From positions 434-64,433 of the forward strand of contig CATBQD010000010.1 of assembly GCA_949505625.1 (NCBI GenBank): a stretch of DNA of 64,000 nucleotides, in the 5' to 3' direction. Shown here piece by piece: positions 29,887-38,458 of the stretch; the first letter of the stretch is position 1; the number at the start of each line of letters is the position of its first letter. The notes beneath the pieces were generated by a model. That model did no database searches and was not told the DNA's origin. It saw only the letters and a program-made list of their open reading frames with translations. The position numbers and the translations under genes were made by a program. The stretch is from an uncultured Bacilli bacterium. Lineage in GTDB: Bacteria; Bacillota_I; Bacilli_A; RF39; UBA660.

Positions 29887-30644
29887 TGAAAAAATTATTT
29901 GATGTAATTGGCTTACCACTCTTATTTGCTGTAAGCCAATTTTTTCTGACTATTATTGCAACAATTATCTTTTTATTAACCAGTAATCAAACAAATTTAG
30001 AAACATGGATAGGAACAGAAGACTATATTAACTCTTTGGCACGTTTTTTTTCTAATTATAGTGTTATCATAGTCATTGTTTCATTTTTAATATTTTTTCC
30101 GATTTTCTATAGAAAATATCATCGTGAAAGAAAAGAAGAAAAAAAATATATATCTATTTTTAATTATTTGTTTTTGATAGTTTTAGGGATTTCTTTTAGT
30201 TTGCTTTATAATGCGATATTAGGGAGCCTCAATTCTATTTTTCCAGTTACCAATTCATTTGATGGAACAAGAAATCTATTTTCTATTATGATAAGCACTG
30301 TCTTATTAGGTCCTATTTTAGAAGAATATCTATTTCGTGGAATTGTTTATCACAGACTTAAAAAGTATTATCCAGTAATGAAATCCTTATTATTAACAGG
30401 ACTTTTATTTGCGCTTTCTCATACAGATATTTTAGGAATCCTATACGCATTTATTTTTAATTTTATACTCATTTTTGTCTATGAAAAATATCATTTAAAA
30501 GGTTCAATCTTAGTTCATATGAGTGCGAATCTAGCAAGCTTATTATTTACCATATTTATTTATGAAAATTTTTGGTTAACCGAATTAACGCTTATTATTT
30601 CGAGTCTTTTATTAATTGGCTCTTATCTTGGAATAAAACAATAA
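29886..30644 (+). CDS. CPBP family intramembrane metalloprotease (CAAX protease/Abi-like)
   Basis: EExxxR motif (ILEEYLFRG) and a conserved His (FALSHTD) in a polytopic membrane protein. Confidence 0.7.
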   Translation: MKKLFDVIGLPLLFAVSQFFLTIIATIIFLLTSNQTNLETWIGTEDYINSLARFFSNYSVIIVIVSFLIFFPIFYRKYHRERKEEKKYISIFNYLFLIVLGISFSLLYNAILGSLNSIFPVTNSFDGTRNLFSIMISTVLLGPILEEYLFRGIVYHRLKKYYPVMKSLLLTGLLFALSHTDILGILYAFIFNFILIFVYEKYHLKGSILVHMSANLASLLFTIFIYENFWLTELTLIISSLLLIGSYLGIKQ

Positions 30645-30660
30645 AAATTTTATTAGACTA

Positions 30661-31266
30661 TTGGAGGACAATATGAAAAATAATTTATTAAATATTTTGG
30701 ATAATTATTTATTATTATTTCCAGAAGAAAAAGAAAGGCAATCAAGACTATTTGTTTATTTAAAAAATGCTAATAATACAGAGATAGCGGATTGGAATAA
30801 TTTTAATGGGCATATTGTTGCAGGTGGATTTGTTTATGCTAAAAAGGAATGTAAATTTTTAGTTTTATATCATAAAGATTTAAAGCTGTTTTTATATCCA
30901 GGAGGGCATATTAATAGCAATGAGAAAGACCCATTGCAAACTGCTAAAAGAGAAATAGCAGAAGAAACTGGTTTGAAGTATTTAGAACAATTAAAATTAT
31001 TAGAAGATGAGCAGATTCCAATTGATATTGATACACATCTAATTCAGTATAATGAAAGATTAAATTTACCAGAACACTATCACTTTGATTTTAGATATCT
31101 ATTTATAATAGATGAAATTCCTAAAATAAAAATTGAAGAAGATGAAATATCCAATTATAAATGGATAGATATTGATGAATTAAAAAATGATTTAAATTAT
31201 GGAAAAATAGCAAATAAAATAATAAAAGTGTTATCAGCCAATAATTCAAAAGAATTTGATGATTAA
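30661..31266 (+). CDS. NUDIX hydrolase
   Basis: Nudix box GGHINSNEKDPLQTAKREIAEETGL. Confidence 0.7.
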   Translation: MEDNMKNNLLNILDNYLLLFPEEKERQSRLFVYLKNANNTEIADWNNFNGHIVAGGFVYAKKECKFLVLYHKDLKLFLYPGGHINSNEKDPLQTAKREIAEETGLKYLEQLKLLEDEQIPIDIDTHLIQYNERLNLPEHYHFDFRYLFIIDEIPKIKIEEDEISNYKWIDIDELKNDLNYGKIANKIIKVLSANNSKEFDD

Positions 31267-31311
31267 TAATCTAATAAAAAGTTATTGGATGACAGTTTTT
31301 TTAAATTATTC

Positions 31312-31565
31312 TTGTAAGCAAAAAAAAAATGTGCTAAAATGAAAGTGTTTATGAAAAACAGGGAAGAGAAGTAGTAATAAATGTCGATATGAATAGAGAG
31401 TCTATGGTTGGTGGAAATAGATAATATCAGTTTATGAATTCGTCTTGGAGTTTTATATGCAAAACATATAACGGTAACGCGTTACAGTTCTAAGGTAGAA
31501 TGTTCTACAAATTAAGGTGGTACCACGTAAATCACGTCCTTATAGGGATTGTGATTTTTTTATTT
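31312..31565 (+). promoter_or_regulatory. Promoter plus T-box leader (Phe specifier) with terminator/antiterminator upstream of pheS
   Basis: Promoter TTGTAA...TGcTAAAAT at 31312-31340. AGAGAG-type stem I, a UUC specifier context, the T-box sequence aattaaggtggtaccacg, then a hairpin plus a T-run just before the RBS. Confidence 0.7.
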
Positions 31566-31577
31566 AGGAGGGATAGT

Positions 31578-32627
31578 ATGAAAGAAAAAGTAGAAAATTT
31601 AAAAAAAGAAATAACCGAAAAAGTAAAAGAAGTTATTTCTTTAAAAGAACTAAATGATTTAAAAGTTGAATATTTAGGAAAAAAAGGTCCAATTAACGAA
31701 CTAAGTTCTATGATGAGAGATTTATCTGTTGATGAGAAAAAAGAATTTGGTCGAGTATTAAATGAAGTAAAAACAGAAGTAGGAAATTTATTTGATACAG
31801 CACGAAAAGAGTTAGAAGAAAAGGAATTAAATGAAAAACTAGAACGTGAAAAAATTGATATCACATTACCAAGCTCAAAAGTACATGTAGGTAGCACTCA
31901 TCCTATTACAAAAGTCATTGAAGAAATAGAAGATTTATTTGTATCAATGGGATACGATGTAGTAGAAGGACCTGAAATAGAAGAAGATTTATATAATTTT
32001 GAAAAATTAAATTTACCAAAAGGACACCCAGCTAGAGATGCCCAAGATAGTTTCTATATTACAGAAGAGATGTTGCTTCGTACTCAGACTTCTCCTGTAC
32101 AAGCTAGAACAATGGATGCTAATTTAGAAAAAACACCAATTAGAGTTATTTGTCCTGGAAAAGTATACAGAAGAGATGATGATGATGCAACTCATTCTCA
32201 TCAATTTACACAAATAGAAGGACTTGTAGTAGGAGAAAATATCAGTCTTTCTCATTTAAAAGGAACTTTAGAAGAAGTCGCTAAAAAATTATTTGGAGAA
32301 GATAGAGAAGTTCGTTTTCGACCAAGCTTTTTCCCATTTACAGAACCAAGTTTAGAAGTAGATGTTAGTTGTTTTAAATGTGGAGGAAGTGGATGCTCTA
32401 TTTGTAAAGGAACTGGTTGGATTGAAATCTTAGGTTCTGGTATGGTTCATCCAAATGTTTTAAGAGGTTGTGGATATGACCCAGAAAAATATACTGGATT
32501 TGCGTTTGGTATGGGTCCAGAAAGAATTGCAATGCTCAAATATGGAATTCATGATATTCGTAATTTCTATATTGATGATTTGAGATTTTTAGAAGATTTC
32601 AACCGTGTAGAAGGAAGTGAAGAATAA
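31578..32627 (+). CDS. pheS: phenylalanine--tRNA ligase alpha subunit
   Basis: Class II aaRS motifs ([30 protein letters not shown]). The annotated ORF start at 31500 lies inside the T-box leader; the true start is MKEKVENL. Confidence 0.9.
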   Translation: MKEKVENLKKEITEKVKEVISLKELNDLKVEYLGKKGPINELSSMMRDLSVDEKKEFGRVLNEVKTEVGNLFDTARKELEEKELNEKLEREKIDITLPSSKVHVGSTHPITKVIEEIEDLFVSMGYDVVEGPEIEEDLYNFEKLNLPKGHPARDAQDSFYITEEMLLRTQTSPVQARTMDANLEKTPIRVICPGKVYRRDDDDATHSHQFTQIEGLVVGENISLSHLKGTLEEVAKKLFGEDREVRFRPSFFPFTEPSLEVDVSCFKCGGSGCSICKGTGWIEILGSGMVHPNVLRGCGYDPEKYTGFAFGMGPERIAMLKYGIHDIRNFYIDDLRFLEDFNRVEGSEE

Positions 32628-35011
32628 TGCGTTTAAGTAAAGATTTTTTAAGTGATTATATTGATTTATCAAATATTTCTTATTCTGATTTAGCTGATAA
32701 AATGGTATTTGCTGGAAATGAATATGAAAGTATTGGAAAACTTTGCAATGCCACTGGACTTGTTGTTGGATATGTGGAAACTTGCGAAAACCATCCTGAA
32801 TCAGACCATCTTCATATTTGTAATGTCAATTTAGGAAGTGAAACTGTTCAAATTTTATGTGGGGCTCCAAATGTAAAAGCTGGAGAAAAAGTAATTGTAG
32901 CAACGGTTGGAGCTGAACTTCCAGGAGGAACTATCAAAAAAGCAAAATTAGCTGGAATGGAATCCCATGGAATGATTTGTTCTTTGGCTGAACTAGGCTT
33001 AGAATCAAAATATTTAAAGGAAGAAGATTCTGCTGGAATCCATATATTAGATGATGATGCTCCTGTTGGAGAAGATGCACTTCATTACTTAGGATTGGAT
33101 GATGAAATCATTGATTTTGAATTAACCGCAGATAGAGCTGATTTATTAAGCGTAATTGGGATGGCTTATGAAGTTGGAGCAATTTATGATAAAAAAGTTA
33201 CGTTACCAGAAATTCATCTTCATGAAACAAAAGAAAATATTAATGACATCATGAAGCTTGAAGTAAAGACAGAGAATTGTTCTATTTATTTAGGAAAGAT
33301 TGTAAGGAATGTTACAATTAAAGAAAGTCCTAAATTTATCAAAAATCGTTTAATGGCAAGTGGAATAAGACCAATTAATAACGTTGTTGATATCAGTAAT
33401 TATGTAATGCTTGAATATGGACAACCACTTCATTTCTTTGATAAAGACCGTTTAGGAGATGAAGTAATTGTTAGAATGTCTTCCAATGAAGAAACTTTAA
33501 CAACATTAGATGGAAAAGAAAGAACTTTAAAAGATACTGACATTGTGATTGCAAATGCAAATGTTCCAGTAGCACTTGCAGGTGTTATGGGAGGACTAGA
33601 AACAGAAATAGAAAAAGATACCAAAAATATTTTTATTGAAGCAGCTATTTTTGAACCAACTCATATTCGTTATACTTCAAAAGCAATTTTAAGAAGTGAA
33701 GCAAGTAGTCGTTATGAAAAAGGCGTAGACCCTTATAGAACTTTATTAGCTTTAAATAGAGCTTGTGAATTGTTAGAACTTTATGCAGGAGGAGAAGTAA
33801 GTTCTGGAGTACTTACTCATGATACAACCAACAAAGAAGACAAAAAAATAGAAGTTCCATTAGAGAAAGTACAAAGCGTTTTAGGAATGCCAATCACCAA
33901 AGAAGATGTATGTGAAATCTTACCAAGATTAGGCTTTTCTTATGAAATAAAATATAATACATTTGAAGTATCTGTACCAACAAGAAGATTAGACGTAAAT
34001 ATCAAAGAAGATGTTATTGCAGAAATTGGAAAAATTTATGGATATAATAAAGTTGTTGGAACATTACCTATAGATAAAATTAGAAAAGGGACTTACTCTA
34101 AAAAAGCAAAACTAGAAAGAGTAATTCGTAAACAATTAACTGCACTCGGTTTAAATCAAGTAATTACTTATTCTTTGGTAAGTGAAGAAGATATAGAGAA
34201 ATTTGTTTCAAGTGAAAAAGATTCTGTTATTTTAAATTCACCAATGAGTGAAGATAGAAAGATTATGAGAAAGTCATTGATTCCATCTTTATTGCATGTT
34301 TATGAATACAATATAGCACGTAATCGAAAAGACATTTCTATTTTTGAAACAGGGTCTATTTATTATAAAGAGAAAGAAACTTACAAAGAAGATTTTACTT
34401 TATCAGGACTTATGAGTGGTGTTTATGAAGAAAATACTTGGCAAGGTAATAAAATGAATGTTGATTTTTATTTAGTAAAAGGAATTATAGAAAATTTACT
34501 TGGATTCTTAGGGCTTACCAATCGTTATCAATTTGATACAGAAAATCTAGTAAAAGAATTACATCCTGGAATGAGTGCTAGAATATTAATTGATAGGGAA
34601 GTAGTCGGATTTATTGGAAGAGTGCATCCTAGTGTTTGCAAACAAGAGGTTTATGTGTTTGAACTTAATTTACAAAAAGTATTAGACTTAAAAGTAAAAC
34701 CGATTAAGTTTAAAGAGATTCCAAAATTCCCAAGTGTAAAAAAGGATGTAGCATTCATTGTTAAAAAAGAAATTACTTCAAAAGAAATAGAAGAAGTTAT
34801 TAAAAAAGCTGGAAGTAGAATATTAACTAATATTGATGTATTTGATGTTTACGAAGGTGAAAATGTAAAAGAAGACGAGAAATCTATTGCTTATGCATTA
34901 ACATTTAGTGACCCAAATAAGACATTAAATGATGAAGAAGTTACTGTTATATTTGAAAAGATTATTGATGAAGTAACTAGTAAATTACCAGCAGAACTTA
35001 GAAATAAATAA
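32627..35011 (+). CDS. pheT: phenylalanine--tRNA ligase beta subunit
   Basis: 794 aa with the tRNA-binding, B3/4, B5 and FDX-ACB domain order. Translationally coupled to pheS. Confidence 0.9.
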   Translation: MRLSKDFLSDYIDLSNISYSDLADKMVFAGNEYESIGKLCNATGLVVGYVETCENHPESDHLHICNVNLGSETVQILCGAPNVKAGEKVIVATVGAELPGGTIKKAKLAGMESHGMICSLAELGLESKYLKEEDSAGIHILDDDAPVGEDALHYLGLDDEIIDFELTADRADLLSVIGMAYEVGAIYDKKVTLPEIHLHETKENINDIMKLEVKTENCSIYLGKIVRNVTIKESPKFIKNRLMASGIRPINNVVDISNYVMLEYGQPLHFFDKDRLGDEVIVRMSSNEETLTTLDGKERTLKDTDIVIANANVPVALAGVMGGLETEIEKDTKNIFIEAAIFEPTHIRYTSKAILRSEASSRYEKGVDPYRTLLALNRACELLELYAGGEVSSGVLTHDTTNKEDKKIEVPLEKVQSVLGMPITKEDVCEILPRLGFSYEIKYNTFEVSVPTRRLDVNIKEDVIAEIGKIYGYNKVVGTLPIDKIRKGTYSKKAKLERVIRKQLTALGLNQVITYSLVSEEDIEKFVSSEKDSVILNSPMSEDRKIMRKSLIPSLLHVYEYNIARNRKDISIFETGSIYYKEKETYKEDFTLSGLMSGVYEENTWQGNKMNVDFYLVKGIIENLLGFLGLTNRYQFDTENLVKELHPGMSARILIDREVVGFIGRVHPSVCKQEVYVFELNLQKVLDLKVKPIKFKEIPKFPSVKKDVAFIVKKEITSKEIEEVIKKAGSRILTNIDVFDVYEGENVKEDEKSIAYALTFSDPNKTLNDEEVTVIFEKIIDEVTSKLPAELRNK

Positions 35012-35017
35012 AAAAAG

Positions 35018-35050
35018 ATTGTAATGAATTTGCCTCATTACAATTTTTTA
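35018..35050 (+). terminator. Rho-independent terminator of pheT
   Basis: attgtaatga-atttgcc-tcattacaat followed by tttttta. Confidence 0.7.
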
Positions 35051-35104
35051 ATGTTATTAAAAAAAATTTCTATGTTTGAAAAAACATAGAAAGGATTAGT
35101 TTCA

Positions 35105-35173
35105 ATGGAATTAGTCGTTGCATTTGCAATGATTATATTTTACACTATCATAGTCCTTAAGAATAAGGATTAA
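35105..35173 (+). CDS. 22-aa hydrophobic peptide MELVVAFAMIIFYTIIVLKNKD; candidate type I toxin
   Basis: RBS AAGGA sits 9 nt before the ATG. A single TM-length hydrophobic stretch is followed by a charged KNKD tail, then a hairpin. Confidence 0.45.
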   Translation: MELVVAFAMIIFYTIIVLKNKD

Positions 35174-35180
35174 CTTAAAT

Positions 35181-35215
35181 GAAAACACGAATCAGTATTT
35201 TGAAACTGTGTTTTC
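35181..35215. terminator. Hairpin gaaaacac/gtgttttc downstream of peptide ORF copy 1; candidate bidirectional terminator
   Basis: Conserved in copy 2 with a compensatory extension (gaaaacacc/ggtgttttc). Confidence 0.45.
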
Positions 35216-35295
35216 TCAACATTTAATGTGGAGTTACACTTAACAGGCAATATCAAATGTATCTCATTTTCAACAAACTTATTCCATCTATATAC

Positions 35296-35324
35296 ATTGT
35301 ACTAGAGTATTTTCGTTTTGTCAA
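35296..35324 (-). promoter_or_regulatory. Perfect sigma-A promoter on the minus strand (TTGACA, 17 nt spacer, TACAAT), convergent with peptide ORF copy 1; candidate antisense-RNA promoter
   Basis: The reverse complement of 35296-35324 reads ttgacaaaacgaaaatactctagtacaat. There is no minus-strand ORF downstream of it. Confidence 0.5.
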
Positions 35325-35503
35325 ATAAATTTTTAAAAAATTGCTTTTTTTTAATGCACTCTTGTCTAATAGATAAAAAAGATGTATAATAAATATATGA
35401 GATACAAAAGATAGTTAGGTGTTTTACTCTAGTCTTTCATCATATGATGATAGAAAAGAGGTGATTTCTATGATGAAATTCATTATAGAAAGGATAAATT
35501 CAT

Positions 35504-35572
35504 TTGGAATTAGTCGTTGCATTTGCAATGATTGTGTTTTACACTATCATAGTCCTTAAGAATAAGGATTAA
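35504..35572 (+). CDS. Second copy of the 22-aa hydrophobic peptide (TTG start): (M)ELVVAFAMIVFYTIIVLKNKD
   Basis: Same frame as copy 1, with one I-to-V substitution. TTG start with AAGGA 9 nt upstream. In-frame TAA immediately upstream. Confidence 0.4.
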   Translation: MELVVAFAMIVFYTIIVLKNKD

Positions 35573-35579
35573 CTTAAAT

Positions 35580-35613
35580 GAAAACACCAAATCAGCTTTG
35601 AAATGGTGTTTTC
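35580..35613. terminator. Hairpin gaaaacacc/ggtgttttc (copy 2)
   Basis: 9-bp stem. Also the only terminator-like structure downstream of the convergent gatD gene. Confidence 0.45.
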
Positions 35614-35701
35614 TTTAGACAAAATGTTTAGAGTTACACTTAACAAACCAATATCAAATGTATCTCATTTTTATTTTATGAAGTTTCCTTCATCTATATA
35701 C

Positions 35702-35730
35702 ATTGTACTATAGTACTATTCATTTGTCAA
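35702..35730 (-). promoter_or_regulatory. Minus-strand sigma-A promoter (TTGACA, 17 nt spacer, TACAAT), copy 2
   Basis: The reverse complement reads ttgacaaatgaatagtactatagtacaat. It is located 6 nt from the gatD stop codon. Confidence 0.5.
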
Positions 35731-35735
35731 TTTTT

Positions 35736-36467
35736 TTAGACTTCCATATATTCTTTATAATAATTTTTCATAAATTCATGATAAGCTTTATTTTCTAAAG
35801 TTAAATTGAATCTTTTGAATTTAAAATCTGGATTTTTGCTGATTACTAATTCTTTTACCATATATTTTAAAAACTCAGGATTTCGAACTAAGATAGGACC
35901 AATTAGATAAGTGCCATAAAAATTATTTTTATGAACTCCTTCTATTTTACTATTTGGAAAACTGCCAATTCCTTTTAAGACTTCAAACATTACATTTTCA
36001 TTACTTTTAATAACACTACTTTGATTTTGAAAACCTAAAATATATGGTTTCATGAAATCAGCTTTTACAAGTGCTTCATCAACCATTCTAAAATTCTCTT
36101 CCTTTGTATAGAAATCAAATGCGTGTAATGCTTTAATTCTTTTTTCATGTTTATCAATAATGCATTTACCAAATAGTTCTAAAGAATTTCCAGTAATTAA
36201 GAAAAACTTATTATTTTCAATTGCTTTTTTAATAGTATCTTTATATTTCATAAGATGGTGTAAAGCTAGTTTTTGATTTTCTTCTGTACCAGCTCCTATA
36301 TAGACAAAATCATAGGAATCAAAATCTAATGAATCACCAATTGTTGCGAATTTAATAGTAACCTCAATGCCTTGACTTTCTAAACAATATTTTAATGCTT
36401 TTACATTACCACTTTCGCCATATAAATTTAATAAATCATAATAAAGGTGTGCAATTGTAATATTCAT
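35736..36467 (-). CDS. gatD: lipid II isoglutaminyl synthase, glutamine amidotransferase subunit (GatD-like, CobB/CobQ-type GATase)
   Basis: 243-aa GATase-like protein immediately downstream of, and overlapping, a MurT-like Mur-ligase gene. This is the conserved murT-gatD pair. Confidence 0.75.
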   Translation of the reverse strand: MNITIAHLYYDLLNLYGESGNVKALKYCLESQGIEVTIKFATIGDSLDFDSYDFVYIGAGTEENQKLALHHLMKYKDTIKKAIENNKFFLITGNSLELFGKCIIDKHEKRIKALHAFDFYTKEENFRMVDEALVKADFMKPYILGFQNQSSVIKSNENVMFEVLKGIGSFPNSKIEGVHKNNFYGTYLIGPILVRNPEFLKYMVKELVISKNPDFKFKRFNLTLENKAYHEFMKNYYKEYMEV

Positions 36468-37798
36468 GATAAGTCCTCCTTCATATAATGATTAAAAGGT
36501 TCCACATAGTCGAAATTTAAAATAGCATAAATATTTCCTGATGTTTTCTTTTTAATTTCAGCTGTAGCTTCTTCTAGTGTATCAAATACCATAATATCCT
36601 TTTCATAAATTCCTGCATACTTTAATCTTGTTGCAATATCATAACGATGAATTCCAACACAGACAATTTTATCAATGTCATGTTTTTTTAGAAGTTCAAA
36701 ATCAATATCATATAGCCAAGATAAATCATCAAAATTATATCTTCTGCTAATTTCTTTCCAACCAATTACAACTGTTTTTTTCTCTTTAAAGCGGTCTAAA
36801 AATAGAAGAGAACTATTAAAAGTTGTACTATTCTCATTTTTGTTATTTAATACATATACAATTCTATTCTGATAAGTATATTCATCATATAACTTCTTAT
36901 TTTGATTTAATTCACTAATGATTTTCGAAATGACTTCATTATCTAATCCAAGAATAGAAGTAGTCGCAAATGCTGCTAAAGTGTTATACGCTGCATATAA
37001 AATTCCAGAAGGCATATGAATAGAATGAAGATTATTGATAACCATTTCTTTTTTTTCAAAATCTAGTTTTGTTATTTCAAAATGGGTTTCAGGTCTTTTA
37101 AAATCACATTTCGGACAACTATAATTTCCTAAATTTTCAAATTGATAATATTCATAATCTAATTTCTTATTACACTTAGGACAATAGGTAAGGTTTAAAT
37201 TTTGAAATTTGTTTTTTAAATAAGAAAATTTATTTTTAGAAATTCCATAATAGGTAATTGGTCCCTTATGGTCAAACGTAAATTTTTGTAAATATGGGTC
37301 ATCTCCATTTAAAATCAAATGCATATCATTTGTAATCGCCTTTTTAATTTCTTCAAATACCAAATCGAAATGTCCTTGTCTAGGAGGTTGGTCTCTCGTT
37401 AAATTTGTAATCACCACATAATTAGGATTTAATTCAGGAAAAACAAATTTTGTATAGCGTTCATCAATTTCAAACACTAAAACATCTTTTTTCATAACTC
37501 CTAAAAAACTTGTATTTTCTAAAAGTAACGTCATAATTCCAGCACTTAAATTAGAGCCCTTTACATTGTGAGCAACGCTATAGCCATAACCTTTATAAAT
37601 ATCTCTTATCATACTAGAAACGGAACCTTTTCCAGAACTTCCTGTAACAGCAATTACTGTTTCAGGAAGTTTTATTTTTCTCATAAATTTAGAATCTAGT
37701 TTTAAAATAATTTCACCAGGCAAAGAACTTCCTCGATTCAAAATCTTTCCAACTAAAATAATGCATTTTCCAAGAGCAATTAATAGAAACTTTTTCAT
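36464..37798 (-). CDS. murT: lipid II isoglutaminyl synthase, Mur-ligase-like subunit (MurT)
   Basis: Mur ligase central-domain P-loop (VTGSSGKGSVSSM) plus the Cys4 zinc ribbon of MurT/DUF1727 (CPKCNKK...CPKCDFK). Start chosen at MKKFLL, which has a GAGGTG RBS. Confidence 0.75.
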   Translation of the reverse strand: MKKFLLIALGKCIILVGKILNRGSSLPGEIILKLDSKFMRKIKLPETVIAVTGSSGKGSVSSMIRDIYKGYGYSVAHNVKGSNLSAGIMTLLLENTSFLGVMKKDVLVFEIDERYTKFVFPELNPNYVVITNLTRDQPPRQGHFDLVFEEIKKAITNDMHLILNGDDPYLQKFTFDHKGPITYYGISKNKFSYLKNKFQNLNLTYCPKCNKKLDYEYYQFENLGNYSCPKCDFKRPETHFEITKLDFEKKEMVINNLHSIHMPSGILYAAYNTLAAFATTSILGLDNEVISKIISELNQNKKLYDEYTYQNRIVYVLNNKNENSTTFNSSLLFLDRFKEKKTVVIGWKEISRRYNFDDLSWLYDIDFELLKKHDIDKIVCVGIHRYDIATRLKYAGIYEKDIMVFDTLEEATAEIKKKTSGNIYAILNFDYVEPFNHYMKEDLS

Positions 37799-37926
37799 GT
37801 TACACCTCTTTAAAATCACTTTTATTTTATCATAAATAAAATCCAAAATACAACTTTTTTCTAGTTTTGTCGAATTGGTTTAAAAGAACAAAATGGTGTG
37901 CTATAGTGTAACTGGAGCTGATTATT

Positions 37927-38166
37927 ATGTTTAAAACAGATATTGAATTTAGTAAAAATACATTATATATTACTGTAAAGGGAATGGCAAATAGGAAAAA
38001 CATAATAGAATTAAAGCGTAAACTTTACTATATCTTGAATGAATATGGAACGATGGATATTATGATAGATATTAAAGAAGTTGTTGCCTTAGACAAAGAA
38101 AGTTTTTATGATATGTTAGATGATTATGATATTAAATATGGTGGAAATTTGAGTGTTGTAGAATAA
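37927..38166 (+). CDS. hypothetical small protein
   Basis: 79-aa ORF upstream of yqfC. Confidence 0.4.
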   Translation: MFKTDIEFSKNTLYITVKGMANRKNIIELKRKLYYILNEYGTMDIMIDIKEVVALDKESFYDMLDDYDIKYGGNLSVVE

Positions 38167-38214
38167 GAATCATAGAGAGATTCTTTTTTTCATATATTTA
38201 GATAGGGTGGTATC

Positions 38215-38454
38215 ATGAAGTTGTTTAATGATTTTAGAAGTTTTATAGTAGAAGACGAATTTTCTATTCATGTTTACCAAAATAAAGTGAATATAGTCAA
38301 TTATGAATCCATTGGACATTTTGATAGTAGACAAGTTAGAATTTATCATAGAAATGGAGAAGTAATTGTAAAAGGAAAAGAGCTTGTTGTATCAAAATTA
38401 ATGCAAGAAGAAATCTTGATTTTAGGAAGTATCGAGGCCATAGAACTTAGGTGA
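38215..38454 (+). CDS. yqfC: sporulation protein YqfC (YabP family)
   Basis: ~80 aa YabP-family sequence, followed by yqfD and the ybeY-dgkA-cdd-era-recO block as in Bacillus. Confidence 0.7.
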   Translation: MKLFNDFRSFIVEDEFSIHVYQNKVNIVNYESIGHFDSRQVRIYHRNGEVIVKGKELVVSKLMQEEILILGSIEAIELR

Positions 38455-38458
38455 TAAT

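Larger units (their letters stand above)
35068..35330 (+). repeat. Copy 1 of a ~240-260 bp tandem direct repeat (period 399 nt)
   Basis: Near-identical to 35467-35731 (e.g. ggaattagtcgttgcatttgcaatgatt...tacactatcatagtccttaagaataaggattaacttaaatgaaaacac). Confidence 0.8.
35467..35731 (+). repeat. Copy 2 of the tandem direct repeat
   Basis: See copy 1. The copies share >85% identity, with indels in the 5' part. Confidence 0.8.

Noticed and set aside
35471-35560. 29-codon ORF MMKFIIERINSFGISRCICNDCVLHYHSP with a strong RBS, overlapping toxin copy 2
   Set aside because: It is present only in copy 2 and lies in a different frame from the conserved 22-aa peptide. It may be a leader or uORF rather than a product, so it is not called as a feature.
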